From the NCBI GenBank assembly GCA_014905635.1, contig CM026547.1, positions 2,666,001 to 2,730,000 of the forward strand: DNA of 64,000 nt, written 5' to 3'. The notes beneath the pieces are model-generated. The model searched no databases. It saw only the letters and a program-made list of their open reading frames with translations, and had not been told where the DNA came from. The number at the start of each line of letters is the position of its first letter. The stretch's first letter is position 1. The position numbers and the translations under genes are program-made. This stretch comes from Scenedesmus sp. PABB004. Its lineage: Eukaryota. This document shows, in pieces, positions 45,599-56,974 of this stretch.

Positions 45599-48031
45599 AT
45601 GACCTGGCACGCGCCGGCGGCGTTCGCCAACGGCGGCGGCGGCGCCGGCGGCGATGCCTGCATGAAGGGCGTGGAGGACGCTGAGAAGCACGACGTTCAC
45701 GGTGGGGAGCTGCTGCTGGCACGACGCCGCGCACGGCGGCGCGCGGCCGCGGCACACGAGCGGCGCGGCTCGTCGCCGCTGCCGCTGCGCACGCACGCCG
45801 CGCTCGTCGCGCCCTGCGCCGCAGTCGAGGTGTGCCTCAAGTCCTGCAGCAACGCCAACCCCGCCGACATCCGGGCGCTCGTGGCGACGTGAGCGCGCAG
45901 CGCAGCGACAGCAGCCTGCCTGGAGCGGCGCCGCGCAGGGTCGCGCCCGGGCGGCCGCGCTGCTCGGCGCGCCAACACCAACACTCCCCCACCCGCGCCC
46001 GCCCGCCCCGGCAGGCGGCTGCAGGACAAGAACATCTGGCTGCACGACAGCAGCCTGTGGGACACGGTGGGCCGCGACGACCCGCTGCTCAACGCGCACG
46101 TGCAGAGCATACGCTGGAGCGACGTCGGTGCGCCGCGCCGCGCCGCGGGCTGCCCGGCGCGCGGCGGCGGGGGCGCGCGCTGCCGCGCCGCCGGCGCGCC
46201 GGCGCGCCGAACGCCGCGCTGCCGTCGCGCCGCGTGCGGCAGACGCGGAGCTGCTGGCGCGGGGGGCGAGCGTGCTGTTCAGCTTCCAAGTGCGGCTGCA
46301 CGTCTACGTCTACCAGGCGCGCCCGCGGCGCACACGGGCGGCGCAGCAGGCAGCGCGCGTGGCCGCAGACGCAGACGCAGGCAGCAGGCAGAGCGCGCCG
46401 GCGCGGCCCGGCGGGGGCGGGCGGTATGCTTGCGGAGCGCGCCGCCGCGCGCCGCGCGCCACGCGCCGCCACGCCCCCGCGCAGCTGAACGAGGAGGGCG
46501 GCGAGGACGACGACGAGGGCGAGGACGGCGTGGTGGCCTACCGCGAGTGGCAGCTGCCGGCGGCGGAGTTTGAGGGCGGCTGGGACGCGCTACACTACGA
46601 CAGCGCCATCAAGCGCCGCCTGCTGCGCTACGCGTCGTCGGCGCTGCTCTTCTCAGACCTCGGCGTCAGCAGCCAGCTCGTCAGCTGGAACAGGCGCGCG
46701 CAGGGCTGGCGCGGGCGCTGGCCGGCGGGGCGCGCGCGTGCGGCGCCGAGCCCGGGCCGCACGCGCCGCTGCGCAGGGTGGTGCTGCTGCACGGCCCGCC
46801 GGGCACGGGCAAGACGTCGCTGTGCAAGGCGCTCGCGCAGAAGCTGGCGGTGCGCATGGGCGACAGGTGCACCCGCGGCCCTGGCGCGGGCGCCCCGGCC
46901 GTCGCGGCGCCGCTCACGGGGGGTGGCCCGCCGCGCGCCGCGCCGCGCCGCCGCACAGGTACACGAGCAGCCAGCTGGTGGAGGTCAACGCGCACAGCCT
47001 GTTCAGCAAGTGGTTCAGCGAGAGCGGCAAGCTTGTGAGCAAGCTCTTTGCCGCCGTGACGGAGCTGGTGGAGGAGCCCGCGGCGCTAGTGTTTGTGCTC
47101 ATCGACGAGGTGGAGAGCCTCACCGCCGCGCGCAAGGTGCGCGCCGCGCCGCCGCCGCGCCGCCGCCGTGCTGCCGCGCCCTGGGCGGCAAGCAAGCACG
47201 GCCGCCGGGACGGCCGGCGCCCGGCTGACAGACGACGCGCGGCCCGCACGCGCGCGGCCCGCGCGCCCAGGCGGCGGCGGGCGGGGGCGAGCCGTCGGAC
47301 GCGATCCGCGCGGTCAACGCGCTGCTGACGGCGCTGGACGCGCTGCGGCGCCACCCCAACGTCATGGTCCTCACGACCAGCAACATCACGGAGGCCATCG
47401 ACCTCGCGTTTGTCGACCGCGCTGACATCAAGGCCTACCTGGGCCCGCCGTCCGAGGCGGCGCGCTACGAGATCCTGCGGTCGGGCGTGCTCGAGCTCGC
47501 GCGCGCGGGCGTCGTCGCGGGTGCGCGCAGTGCTGCCGCGGCGGCGGGGGCGCGGGGGCGCCGGCTTGGCGCCGCGCCGCGCCGCGGCGCCGGCAGCGGC
47601 GGCGCCGGCCGAGCGCCGCCGCGCCCGCGCCCGCTGCGCCGCGCCCGCTGCCGGCAGGCCTCTCCTCGCCCAAGGCGCTCATACCATACAAGGAGCTCTG
47701 CCTGCTGCCTGCGCCCGGCGGCGGCCCCGCCGCTGCCGCCGCGGCGGCGCCGGCGGCGGCGGCGCGCGGCGGCAGCAGCGGCAGCGACGACGCGATGAGC
47801 GAAGCAGAGGCGGCCGCCGCGGCGGAGGCGCAGCAGCTCAGCCGCGCGCTGGGCGAGGTCGTCGCGGCGTGCGCGGGCTTCAGCGGGCGGTCGCTGCGCA
47901 AGCTGCCCTTCCTCGCGCACGCCACCGCCGACAGCCTGCCCACGCCCGCGGCGCCGCTCGAGTTCCTGGCCGCCATGCGCGCCGCCGCCGCGCGCGAGGC
48001 CGCCGATCGCGCCGAGCTGGCGGCGCTGTAA
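45599..48031 (+). CDS. PCH2: Pachytene checkpoint protein 2 / TRIP13 AAA+ ATPase, multi-exon
   Basis: [102 protein letters not shown]. Confidence 0.97.
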
Positions 48032-48560
48032 CCGGCGAGCGAAGCAGGTCTCCTTGTTACCTCGGGGCAGCAAGCGCGCTCGCTCGCGCAGCTCTGCGCC
48101 GTGTCGCAGCGGCGGCCGCTGGCCCGTCAGACGGCAAACACCCGATCACGTGCGTTGAGGACGGAGAGTTTGCAAGGGCGGTGGCCTGCTGCCAGCATGC
48201 CGCGCTGCACCGACGACCGCGCCAGGCAGCACCGATGACAACTGAGCCGGGCAGCACCGAGAACGACCGAATCAGGTCCGACCCCCAGTTTGTGGGTTTG
48301 TGGGTTCCCCCGCCGCCACTGGCTGTTCGTACTCCATCCCAGCACGCGCCGTGCCGTGCAGCAAAAGTCACCAGCCAGGCGTGTTTTTTCATCGTTCGTT
48401 CAGCTAGTTGGACCGCCGCAGCCGGTGCGTCACGCAGACCGCCGGCGCTCGCGCGCACGGGCGGGGCCTCCGCGGGCGGCGCGCGCCGGCCTTGGGCGGC
48501 GCACGCCGTGGCCCCCGTGCGTTGCGCGCCCGAAACCTGTGCCACTGACCCTCGCTCGGG

Positions 48561-51500
48561 TCAGAACTCTGTCGGCAGCCGCACGACGCCGCCCGACCAG
48601 CGGCCGTGCATCGCGGCCGTGTGGCTCGGCGGCGCGTAGGCCATGAGGCTGCTGGGGCTCGAGCGGAACGCCGACGGGCTGCGCAGGCCGCCCGGCCCGG
48701 GCGTCAGGCCCGGGGCCTTGCCCGCGAGCACGCCGCGCCCCTGGGCCGCCTCGAACGCGGTGGCCGCGTGGACCGAGTAGAGGCCGTAAAAGGCGAGCAC
48801 CACGGCAAAGAAGATCGCGAGCTGCATGTACGCCATGCCTGGTCAGCGCGGCGCGTGGGCAGCGCGTGAGCAGCGCGTGCGGCGCGCGCGCTGTGCTGCG
48901 GGGGCGGGCAGGCAGGCAGCGCGCGTGGGCGCGCGGAAGCAGCGCCCCGCCCTGCGTGCTGCACCTGGCAGGCTGGCCATGAGGAAGCAGTTAAGCAGGA
49001 TGCTGCCGGCGGGGATGTAGGGAAACAACGGCACGCTGCGCGGCGGCGGCGGCCTCGGCGGCGGCGCGCGGGCGGCGCGGCGGGCCGCGCCGGCCCCACA
49101 GGGGGCGCGCGGGCGCACCGGTACTTTGGGCGGTTGTGCTGGTGGCAGGTGAGGTGGATGGCGATGCTGCCGAGCAGCGCCACGCCGCCCAGGACGGCGA
49201 GGCCGGCGGCCTTGGCGACGCCGGTGCAGAGGGCGTAAACGCAGGCAAACGCTGACGGGGCGGCGCGGGGCGGGGCGTCACGGGCCAGGGCCTCAGCGGC
49301 GGGCGTCACGGCGGCCCCCGTGCCGCGGCTCGCGGCGCCGCGCACCGACGCCCGTGGCGGCGAGCAGCGCGACGAGGCTGACCGCCCTGAGCTGCTGGCG
49401 CACGGGGGCGTCGCGGTCGTAGAGTCGCTTCCAGATGAGGGCGATTGCCACGACCACAAACACCATCAACGTACCCGCGCTCACCTGACCCCGCCAGCGG
49501 GGGCGCGCGCGGCGGCGGCGGCGGCGGTGTCACGAGGCGGCGTACGAGGGCCGCCGGCGGCGCACATGCGCTCGGCGGCCGGGCCGCGGCGCGGCGCGGC
49601 CGCACCATGTCGATGAGGGGCGGCAGGTCTGTGAGCACCGCGAGCGGCAGCGCTGCGACCATGCAGAACGCGGTCGCCCACACGGGCGTGCCGGTGCGGG
49701 CGTTGATGCGGCCGAGGACGGGAAAGAGCAGGTGCGTGCGCGCGGTGGACGTCACGATGCGCGACACGCCCATCAGCGTCACCTGCGCCGCGCAGCGGGG
49801 CGCGCGGGTGCGCGGGCGCGCGGGACGGGGCAGGCGCGCGGGCCGCCGCGCGGCGCGGCGGCCACCGGCGCGTAGACCACGTGGACGCACCAGGACGCCC
49901 GTGACGATGCCCAGCACCGCGCCGAGGCCGACGAGGATGCTGCCCCAGGGCATGCCGACCTGGCGGAACGCGGTCGCAAACGACGCGGCCGGGTCGATCT
50001 GCGCACGCGGCCGGCGCACACGGCCCGGGCGGCGCGGTGTGTTGGGGGCGGGGCTCTGGACAAGCTGTTTGGGGGAGAGAGGGTCTGCGGCGCCGGGAGG
50101 CGCGCCGGATGCCGAGTTGAACCCCTGGGTTGCGCACCAGGTGGTACGGCACCATGAGCACGATACAAAGCGCCATGAGGCAGTACACCACCGTGACGAA
50201 CGAGATGCAGCCGACGATGCCGATCGGCATGTCCCGCCCGGGGTCCTTCACCTGAGCGAGGAAGGAGGGGGCGCCGCGGCGCCATCATGAGGAGCGCGCC
50301 ATCATGAGGAGCGCGCCATCATGAGGAGCGCGCCGCGGCGGCCGGCCACTGGTGGCTGGAGCCACGCCGGCGCGGCCGCCTGGTCCCGTGCGCACCTCCT
50401 CGGCGAGCGTGGAGACGCAGTCAAAGCCGATGAATGAGAAGAAAACAAAGCTCGCGCCGCTGAAGATGCCGCCGACGCCAAACGGGATAAAGGGGCGCAG
50501 GTTCGAAAGGTTGGCTTTGCTGAAACCAGCGCCCTGCGCGGCGCGCGGTGGGCGCGTTGCGGCGGGAGGCCCGCGCTGGCCGCGGCGGGGGCGGCGCGCG
50601 GCGACGCGGGGCCGCAGCGGCCGCGGCGGTGCGCGGCGGGGGCGTGCCGCACCAGGATGATGATGATCACTGCGATCTGGCTGCCCGTCATCACTGCGGC
50701 GGGGCGGTGCAGCCGGCGGCCCCTCGGCCAGCTGCTGCGGCGCGCTGGTCGGCCCGCGCCGCCGCAGCGGCGGCGTGGGCCGGCGCGGCGCGGCGCGGCG
50801 CGGCGCGGCGCGGCGCGCACGCAGGTTGAACCAGCTGCCGCCGGCGGTCGTGCACATGAGCAGCAGGCAGCACGCGATGACGAGGCCTGGCGCGGCGCGA
50901 CGCGGCGCAGCGCGGCGCGCGGGGGCGGTGGGCGCGGGGCGCGTGCGCGGTGAGCCGTGCGCGGTGCCGCGGCGCCGTCCCGTTGATCCACGCTTTCCGG
51001 CAGCCTGCCGCAGCCCCGGTGAGCTGCCAGCGCCGCCGCACTGCCGCACCGCCGGCCATGAAGTCGACGCGGTACGACAGATAGGGGAAGGTGAAGAAGG
51101 TCGGCGCCTTGCCGATGAGCGTCGCAAAGTAGGCAGAGAACGCGCGGCTCACCGCGGCGGCGGCCTGGTCGTCGCGCGCAGAGGCGGCGGCGGCAGCGGC
51201 GTGGTGCGCTGGGGCCGGAAGCCGCGCTGGCCCCGGCGCGGGGCGGGGCGGGGGCGCACCAGGATGTACTCTAGGATGAGCGTCGTCACGACGAGCCAGG
51301 CGGCGAGCTCGCCGAGGCTCATGCTGATGTAGTTGTACGCCCCGCCGGCGAGCGGGAACTCGGCCGCAAACTCGCTGTAGCAGAGCGCGGAGAGCAGGCT
51401 CGACACGCCGGCAACAAGGAACGAGAGGACGACTGCGGGCCTGCGGCGCGTGCGTGGGCGCGCGAGCGTGGGCGCGAGCGTGGGCGTGCGTGCGGCGGGC

Positions 51501-52112
51501 GGCGGCGCCCAGGCGTGGGCGTGCGTGCGGCGGGGCGGCGGCGCCCAGGCGTGGGCGCGCGTGCGGCGGGCGTCGGCGCGGCCGCGCACCCGGCCTGCGA
51601 CTGCGCGGCGGCGCCGGTCGACACAAAGACGCCCGCGCCGACGATCATGCCTGCGCGCGGGGGGCGGCGGCGGCGCGCGTCACACCAGGCGTCACCAGCA
51701 GCGATGCCGCCGCCGGCGTCGCTGCTGCCGCGGCGCGCGCTGCTCGAGACCGCCCACGCACCCGTGCCGAGCATCATTACGTGGAACCAGTTGAGCACCT
51801 GCGCAGCGCGGCGATCGGGTGTGACGTGGGCCCAAGCTGCCGACGAGATGCTGACGCGCCCGCCGCCGCCGCGCCGCGCCGCGTCGTCGCGCCAGGGCCA
51901 CCCACCTTGGCCATCTCGGTTCCGGCGGCAGCCTTGTCCGCCAGCTGCTCCGCGGGATCGCGGATGTAGCCGGCGCGGCGGGCGAGCAGCACCGGCGTGC
52001 GGCGCAGGCTGGCCGCCCAGTCCGCCGTCTTCGCGAAGCCCGACCAGGTGCGCCGGCCCGACTCGGGAACTGCTCCTGCTCCTGCTGCCGGCTGGGCGTC
52101 GTCGGCCGCCAT
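48561..52112 (-). CDS. Cationic amino acid transporter (APC superfamily), many introns
   Basis: GMIVGAGVFVSTG, GPAVVLSFLVAG..CYSEFAAEFPLAGGAYNY, FFSFIGFDCVSTLAEEVKDP, VPLFPYIPAGSILLNCFLM, YSVHA. Confidence 0.93.
50281..50334. repeat. Intronic 17-bp tandem repeat GCCATCATGAGGAGCGC x3
   Basis: Directly visible inside a CAT intron. Confidence 0.9.
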
Positions 52113-52347
52113 GGCGGCACGGCGGGCGCAGCGGAGGCGGGCGCTGGAGGTGGCGGCGTCGCAGTTCGGCGCGGCGGGAGCGGCGATCGCACGCCGGCAA
52201 CGTGTTCCGGCGCAGGCGTCTGCGATCGCACCCCATGGGCAGGGCGCTGAGGTTGCGGCGGCGTCAGTCCAGCAGCGTCACCCGTGCCGCTTTGACGCTG
52301 CTCATGACAGGCGCGGTCACGCCTGCGCACAACGGGCAAAGCGCGCG

Positions 52348-52564
52348 GGCCGCCGCGGCGGAGGCGCAGCAGCTCAGCCGCGCGCTGGGCGAGGTCGTCG
52401 CGGCGTGCGCGGGCTTTAGCGGGCGGTCGCTGCGCAAGCTGCCCTTCCTCGCGCACGCCACCGCCGACGGCCTGCCCACGCCCGCGGCGCCGCTCGAGTT
52501 CCTGGCCGCCATGCGCGCCGCCGCCGCGCGCGAGGCCGCCGACCGCGCCGAGCTGGCGGCGTTG
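52348..52564 (+). pseudogene. Orphan 217-bp direct copy of the PCH2 last-exon coding end (47812-48028)
   Basis: [42 protein letters not shown] repeated with about 4 substitutions; no upstream PCH2 exons. Confidence 0.9.
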
Positions 52565-52712
52565 CAGCAGGCCGGCGCGGGTCCGTCGGGCGGTGCGCGC
52601 AGGGCTCTGGCAGGCTCGAGCCCTGCCGCGGCGCAGCCCGCAACCGCCGTCCGGTCATCGCCCGGCGCACACCTGCCAGGCCGGCCGGCCGCCCCGGGCG
52701 CTGCGGGGAAGC

Positions 52713-54808
52713 ATGGAGTCGTTTGTGCCCGTGCCCGCCGGCAGCGACTTCCCGCTGCACAACCTGCCCTATGGCGCCGCGCGCCTGGCCTCCCGGCCCG
52801 AGCGCCCGCGCCTGGTGGTGGCGCTGGGGGAGCACGTCGTGGACCTGGCCGCGCTCGCGGACGCGGGCTGCTTCTCGGGCCCCATCCTGAGCAAGGCGGG
52901 CGCGTGCTTCGCGCAGGTGCGCGGCGCGGCGCGGCGCGGCGGGGCCGCAGCGGCGCCCGTGCGGGTGCTGGGCGGGGCGGGCGGGACCTGCAGCACGGCT
53001 CGGGAGCTGCGGCCGCATCGGCAGCTGCCGCACACCGCGGCGCGCACCGCCGCCGCTGCCAACCGACGCGCTGCTGCCGCCCGCGGCCGCCGCCGGCCGC
53101 CGGGCGGGGCGCAGCCGACGCTGAACGAATTCATGGCCCTTGGCCAGCCCGCCTGGGCGGAGGCGCGCGCGACGCTCACGCGGCTGCTCAGCGCGGGCGA
53201 GGGCGCGCTCCGGGACGACGCGGCGCTGCGGGCGGCGGCGATCGTGCCGCAGGTGCGCGCACCGCCGCCGCCGCGCAGCCAGCGGCGGCGGCCGGGCGGG
53301 CTGAGCCGCGCCGCGCGCCGCGCCGCGCGCCGTGCTGCGCGCCGCCAGTCTGAGGCGGTCATGGAGCTGCCGGCGGCGGTCGGCGACTACACAGACTTTT
53401 ACACCTCCAAGCACCACGCCGTCAACTGCGGCAGCATGTTCCGCGACCCCTCCGCCGCGCTCGCGCCCAACTGGTGCGTGCGTGTGGGGCGCGGCGGGCG
53501 GGGCGCGGCGGGCCCTCCCCGGGCAGCCGCGCGGCGCGCGCACGGCCCACCCGCGCCGCGCCGCGCCGCGCCGCCAGGCTGCACCTGCCCGTGGGCTACC
53601 ACGGGCGCTGCTCGTCACTGCTGCCGTCGGGCCGCGACGTGCGGCGGCCGTGGTGCGCCGCACCGCGCCGCGCCGCGCCGCGCCGCGCCGCGCGGCGCCA
53701 GCCGGCTCGCCTCGCCTGGCCAGCGGCTGACCGCGCCGCGCCGTGCTGCCTGGCGTGCCGCGCAGGGGTCAGATGCTGCCGCCGGGCGCGTCCGTGCCCG
53801 TGGAGGGGCCCTGCCAGGCGGTGGATTTTGAGCTGGAGATGGTGAGCCGGGCGAGCGGTCCGGGTGGCGCGTCGCGGTCGGGGCGGGGCGGCGCGTCGTG
53901 GCCCTGACCGCGCCGCGCCCGCGCGTGCCCACGGCCGGCCAGGCCTGCGTGATGGGCACGGGCAACGAGCTGGGCCGGCCGCTGCGGCCGGACGAGGCGC
54001 GGCGCGCGATCTTTGGGCTGCTGCTGCTGAACGACTGGAGCGCGCGCGACATCCAGAAGTGGGAGATGGCGCCGCTCGGCCCTTTCAACGGCAAAAACTG
54101 GGTGCGGTGCCGGGCGGCTGCCCCGGCCCCGGCCCCTCCAAGGCAAGCGCCGCCGCCCACGGCCGCCCGCGCCGCCGCCGCGCCTCGCCGTGCAGGCGAC
54201 GCAGGTCAGCCCCTGGGTCGTGACGCTCGACGCGCTGGAGCCGTTCAAGTGCGCGGCGGAGGCCCAGGAGCCGCCGGTGCTGCCCTACCTCGCCGAGCGC
54301 GGCCGCCACACCTGGGACGTCGGCCTCACCGCATCGATCGCGCCCGCCGGCGGCGGCGGCGAGACCACGGTCACGCGCAGCAGCCTGAGGCACCTGTGAG
54401 CCCGCGCTGGCACCTGCCGCGCCGCTGCCTGGCCCGGGCCGCCGCGCAAGGGGCTGCAGCTCGCGCTCAGCCACCGTGTGGCCGCCGCCTCGCTGCAGGT
54501 ACTGGACCTTTCCCCAGATGGCCGCGCACCACACCGCGGGCGGCTGCAACCTGCGCCCCGGCGACCTGCTCGGCAGCGGCACGGTGTCGGGCCCGGGCGA
54601 GGAGCAGCGCGGCTGCCTGCTGGAGCTCACGTGGGGCGGCACGCGCAAGGTCGCGCTGGCGGGGCCCGGCGGCGCGCGCGTGGAGCGCACGTACCTCGCC
54701 GACGGCGACGAGGTGGTGCTGCGGGGGCGCTGCGAGGCACGGGACGGGCTGGCGGGCATCGGCTTTGGCGAGTGCCGCGGCCGGCTGGCGCCGTGCGCGT
54801 ACGAGTAG
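52713..54808 (+). CDS. FAH: Fumarylacetoacetase, multi-exon
   Basis: SDFPLHNLPYG, VGDYTDFYTSKHHA, HLPVGYHGRCSS, DFELEM, LNDWSARDIQKWEMAPLGPFNGKN, GCNLRPGDLLGSGTVSG, IGFGECRG. Confidence 0.97.
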
Positions 54809-55044
54809 CGAGCGGAGGGGCGCGGCGGCGCACCGAACGTGCGGCGTGCACGCGCGGCCCGAGCCCGCGTGGCGGCGTGACCCACGTTTACGCAAGCACA
54901 TGTGACCACCACCATCCAAAGCGCCCGTCCGCGCGCCCGCCGCCTGGGAGCGCCGGGCCCGCCGCCGCGCACGGCGTCGTGCGAGGCCCAGGGCCGACCG
55001 CCCTGCCCCCCCCCCTCGCCGCCAGTCCGCCGCAGGCCGGCGCC

Positions 55045-56137
55045 TCACTCCCGGCTGCGCTGGGGCACGCGCGGCCGCGCATCGCCGCCGGTGCCCGCAG
55101 GGGGGCCGCCCCGCTGGCCGGCGCGCGGCCGCACCGACAGGCGCTCCTGGATGGCCGCGTCCTGCTCCTTGGACATCTGGGGGCGGCGGCGGCGGCGGCG
55201 GCAGTGGCGGCGGGGCGGTCCACAAGAGGCCATGCCGCAGCCGCGCGTCAGCAAGCGAGCTGCCCCGGCGTGGCAGCCCGCGCGCACCGGCTTGCGCGTG
55301 GCCCAGGGGTGGTTCTCCGGCAGCTCCACCTCCTCCAGGTCCAGCCGCTGGTTGGCGCTGCGCGGCGGCAGCGCGCGAGCGCGAGCGGCCGCGTCAGTCG
55401 GCCGCGCGCGGCGCTGCCGGGGTGGGCCGCCGCCGCGCCGTCGGTCGGCCGGCGCGCGCGCTGCCGGCGCACCGCTCGCGGCTGCGGCGCGCGCGCGCGG
55501 CAGCGATGATGTCGGGCGACAGCTCCTCCATCTGCACCGTGTTCACGTTGCGCATCACGTCTGCGCGGCGGCGGCAGTGGTGGCGGCGGCGCTCGCCAGC
55601 GGCGGCGCGCGCACACGCGAGCGCGCCGCTGGCCACCCCCAACACCACCAACACCCACACGACGTCGCGCGCGCACCCTTCTCAAAGGGGTCGTTGCGGC
55701 CGGTCAAGTAGTCGTAGCCCATGGCGGCGCTGCGCCGCGGCGCGCGGGGCGGCGTCGATCGCCGCCGCTGCGCGCACCGCCGCGCGCGCAGCTTGGCGCC
55801 CTGCCCTGCCCGCGCTGGGCGCCGCCCGCCGCGCGCGCGCCGCGCACCTGCGCTGGCGCAGCTTGTTGGCGACAAAGCCCAGCGCCAGCGCGGCGGCCAG
55901 GCCGGCGCCGATGAGGCCGGGGCTGAGGCCGCCGCGCTGCGGCGCGGCGGGCGCCTCGAGCAGGGGCTCGGGCGCCAGCAGCACCGCGACCTCGCCGCCC
56001 GGCGGCGCGCCCTTCGCGTCCAGCTGCGCCGTCGGCTTGGCTGCCACGGCCACGCCGCGGTGCCGCCGGACCGCCGGCCTGCACGGGGCGGCCGCCCGGC
56101 AGCGGGGCGCGGCGCTGCGCTGCAGTGCCAGCGCCAT
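55045..56137 (-). CDS. Hypothetical plastid-targeted single-TM protein, 5 exons
   Basis: Transit-like MALALQRSAAPRCRAA; TM LIGAGLAAALALGFVA; spliced DVMRNVNTVQMEELSPDIIAAARARR, LDLEEVELPENHPWA. Confidence 0.7.
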
Positions 56138-56974
56138 GCTCGCACGGCCTGGCCGCGGGACACCGAGGGGCAGGGCGGCCGTCAGCACGTTCACGTGGCC
56201 GAGCGGGAGAGGCGCAGGGCGGCCGTGGGCGCGCGGGAGGGGGTGGAGGGGGCGCACGACAAAAAGCGGTTGAGCTCGGCGGGAGGCCCGCGAGCGCCCT
56301 GCGGACGGGTCGGCGAGCTCGCGACGGCGGTGTGGGCACGCGCGTGCAGCGGCGGGCGGGCTGTCGGGGTAGTGTCACAAATTTGCGCTGCCGTGCGTCA
56401 GCGTCGCCGGCGGCGACTCGCCGCCTGCCGGGGGCGGCTTGCACCGGCGCTGCTGACGCGCCTGCAGGCGTGCACGGCATGCACGTGAGTGCTGGTGCAC
56501 TCACCTGGTGGTCGGCGCGCGCAGCGTGCCGCGTGCGCTGCGCGCCCGCTGCGGCGGGCGGGCGCGGGCCCCCGAGGCTGCCGCATGCGCCGTCTTGTTC
56601 ACAGGGATTCGGCAAGCGCGGTCTGGGCGATTATCTGGGCGACACGGCGCGCATCGCGCGCGGGGGCGGCGGCGCCGCGCTGTAGCCTGCCAAAAATGCC
56701 GCGCGCCCGGAGCCGCCGTCATGCGCGCGCAGCGTCCAGTCCCCGGCTGTGGTCCCCCTCCCTCTGCTGCACACACAACCAGGCACGTCGCGCCCCGCAG
56801 CGCCGGCGTTTGCGCCCGCGCCGCTGCCAGGCGCCGCGCAGCGCGGCGGCGGAGCGGCCGCCGCACGTAGCCAGCCTGCCGCTGTGGTTGTAGATAGCCC
56901 GCGCTTGGGGGCGCGCTTGGGCGCGCCCCGCGCCCTCGGCGCCGCCTGAGCGGGGCGGGCGGGCCACTGGCGCG

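Noticed and set aside
50281..50334. CRISPR-like arrays (also 62092-62121 and 51447-51570)
   Set aside because: Head-to-tail minisatellites with no spacers, no cas genes, eukaryotic context
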